Shown piece after piece: positions 61,951-64,000 of a stretch of 64,000 nucleotides of DNA (position 1 is its first letter; every line of letters begins with the position of its first letter). The stretch covers positions 682,001 through 746,000 of the forward strand of contig MU058444.1 in the NCBI GenBank assembly GCA_013265495.1, written 5' to 3'. A program made the position numbers and the translations under genes. The stretch comes from Vicugna vicugna. Taxonomy: Eukaryota. Below the pieces are notes generated by a model. The model worked only from the letters and a program-made list of their open reading frames with translations. It made no database searches and had not been told where the DNA came from.

Positions 61951-62412
61951 CCACTCCTGTCATTGGCTTTAATTTTCACCACCCAGAGCAGGTGTCACCC
62001 ATCACAGCACGCTTTTCTATATTCTGGAAGTCTGCTACCAAGGCATCAATTTGCCACTTCGCATTTTGTTAGAAGCTACTAACCAGACACATTCATCCAC
62101 CCCTCCACCCTGGTTAAACTGCTCAGTTTGATGATGTAAAATATTAAGACATGTTTATTGTTATACTTCTGTTGTTTCCTTATACCAGAAATGTTTCTTC
62201 CATGTAAAAATGAAAGTATTTTTTCATGTAACTGGTTTACGGCTTTCACTAGTTTTTAAAACAATAACCACCACATTTATTGAGCTTCATTTGTGTGTCA
62301 GGTCATGTACTAAATGCCTCATGTAGTTTTATTATTTTGTTAACTTCTAAAAAGAATATAAGTTACTCTCATTGCTTTTTGCGTGGTATTTTATTATATA
62401 GTTGTTTAAGTC

Positions 62413-62566
62413 AATGTCATGTTTATTTCTAGATTATAGATTCCTGAAACCATATTTTAGTAATTTAAGTAAATATCATGTTTATTTCTAGATTATAGAT
62501 TTCTCAAATCATATTTTAGCTATTTAAATAAATGTCACATTTATTTCTAGATTATAGATTCCTCAA
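62413..62566. repeat. ~59-bp tandem repeat, about 2.6 copies
   Basis: TTTATTTCTAGATTATAGATT recurs at ~62422, ~62481 and ~62540. Confidence 0.92.
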
Positions 62567-63519
62567 GAGCCGGTTTCAGGTCCAGCTCGTTTCTGTTTTC
62601 CTCATCATTTCTATACCCTGCAATGTGCAGCTCCCTGAACTGGATTTAATTGTCTTCTCTCTTTTTTTGTTGCTTCTTTTTTTTTATTTCTTTTGTTCCC
62701 TTTGTACTTTTTTCTTCTATCCGTAACACATTTACACCTTGTGGGTATCTGGTCATTTTAACCAGAGTTTCCAGCAGTTTCACCAGCCTCAGGATACAGC
62801 CTGAGAAACTTCCAGGGAAGAGTCATTTTTCACTTGCCCTTATCACCATCTGATCGAAGCCACTCATTTCCAGGAGTATCCGAGGTGACGATGAGTCTCC
62901 GAGGAGTCCTCTCATCTTTATTACTCTCTGTGAGGATTTTGAGGAGAATCTTTCCACTACAGATGCTTCCAGATCCCTTCATTTCCTGCCTCGGCTCAAG
63001 CCACACACTTTGGTTTTGCCGGTCCAAGGCTGTGTTTTCGGTCCCCCAGTGTGCTGAAGCTAAGGGGTCGTCTGAAAATACGAGTGGGGACGATGCTCTA
63101 GTCCACGTGTTCTGGCCCATTTTGTCCCTTGACACCAAAGTGGCGCTCCTGACACTTCCGGGAGAGTGTTCTGTTAGAGCAGCCACCTCATCTTCTGTCT
63201 ATGACTGTGTAGACACCACCTCCTTCCCGGTGGGTTCTTTAAAGACAAAAGTGTATCTGGCTAATTCCGACAGAAACAAAACTTTGACTCCGCTGTGTAT
63301 GGCATTTTATTGCCTCTATTAGAGGAAGAGGAGCCCTGTGGATTTCCTGAAGCATTATTATAACCGCAAAGCTTGGATAACCTGCAGTCTCTTCCTTCAG
63401 TTCCCTTTGTCTGGTGATCAACACAATCACTAACACATAGTAGGCTGTGTTGGACACTGAGAGTTTTGTCATCATCCAGTCTCACTGCCCCTCCTTTATT
63501 TTTAAATTTAGAGAACTCT

Positions 63520-63920
63520 GATTATATGAGTCCAGCCTAAAGTGATATTTTTAAGCCATCTTTGCAGCTAAGGGAGTGTATGTTCCATCATTCCAGCCAA
63601 CGAGATGTAAGCAGACACCTGTTAAGGATTTCTGGGAAAGCTTTCTGTCTTTGAGATAGGTGTTACACCTTTATTTTATTTTATTCTTTATCACTGTCTT
63701 CTTCCTGAAGCTTAAGTAGTTGTTTGGAACTGTGCACCAGAAAGCTGCGTGCAAAAGGTGGGGATACGAAACTGGATCTCAGACAGTACTTGGGAGTCAG
63801 CCTTGAATAGTCTATCATTCAGATTCCTTGTTTCTTGGAAAACACACACACAGACACACAGACACACACATACTTTTAGGGTTGTTTGCTGCTTCATGAA
63901 GCCGAAAGTAATTCTATTAC
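63520..63920 (+). mobile_element. ERVL solo LTR (LTR16-like)
   Basis: CTTTGCAGCTAAGGG..CAGCCAACGAGATGTAAGCAGA..TTCTGGGAAAGCTTT. Confidence 0.7.
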
Positions 63921-64000
63921 ATAGACACTTAGTCAATGCAAATGAGATGTAGGATTCCGCAGACTCTCCACACTCAGGCAATACCACGCAAAATTTAATA

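Noticed and set aside
62413..62566. CRISPR-like repeat-spacer array
   Set aside because: The intervening segments are homologous to each other and the genome is eukaryotic; it is an ordinary minisatellite
62830..63020. Faint peptide resemblance to SDE2 (LEPR..KG.GS)
   Set aside because: Only scattered residues match from memory, and the conserved GGKGGFGS motif is absent

Overview
AT-rich, repeat-dense mammalian non-coding DNA (intergenic or deep intronic), almost certainly camelid, because it carries five tRNA-Ala-headed vic-1-type SINEs together with young lineage L1s. I see no recognisable host protein-coding gene, true tRNA/rRNA or CRISPR. All long ORFs with real homology are LINE-1 ORF2 fragments, including a stop-free 548-codon piece at 21120-22766. 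The rest is older L1, HAL1, L2, MIR, MaLR/ERV solo LTRs and MER5/Tigger DNA-transposon relics, plus one 395-N assembly gap. I found no convincing new biological system. The best leads are mechanistic oddities: a 464-bp tandem duplication with junction-clustered mismatches, an L1 3' transduction with serial poly(A) tails, an internally primed L1, a doubly truncated L1, a micro-L1 nested antisense in an L1, a template-switch-like inverted triplication, a three-SINE cluster, and an unexplained coding-like CpG-retaining segment at ~62.6-63.5 kb. Repeat family names come from recalled consensus motifs, not from a database search. Boundaries without target-site duplications (TSDs) are approximate.
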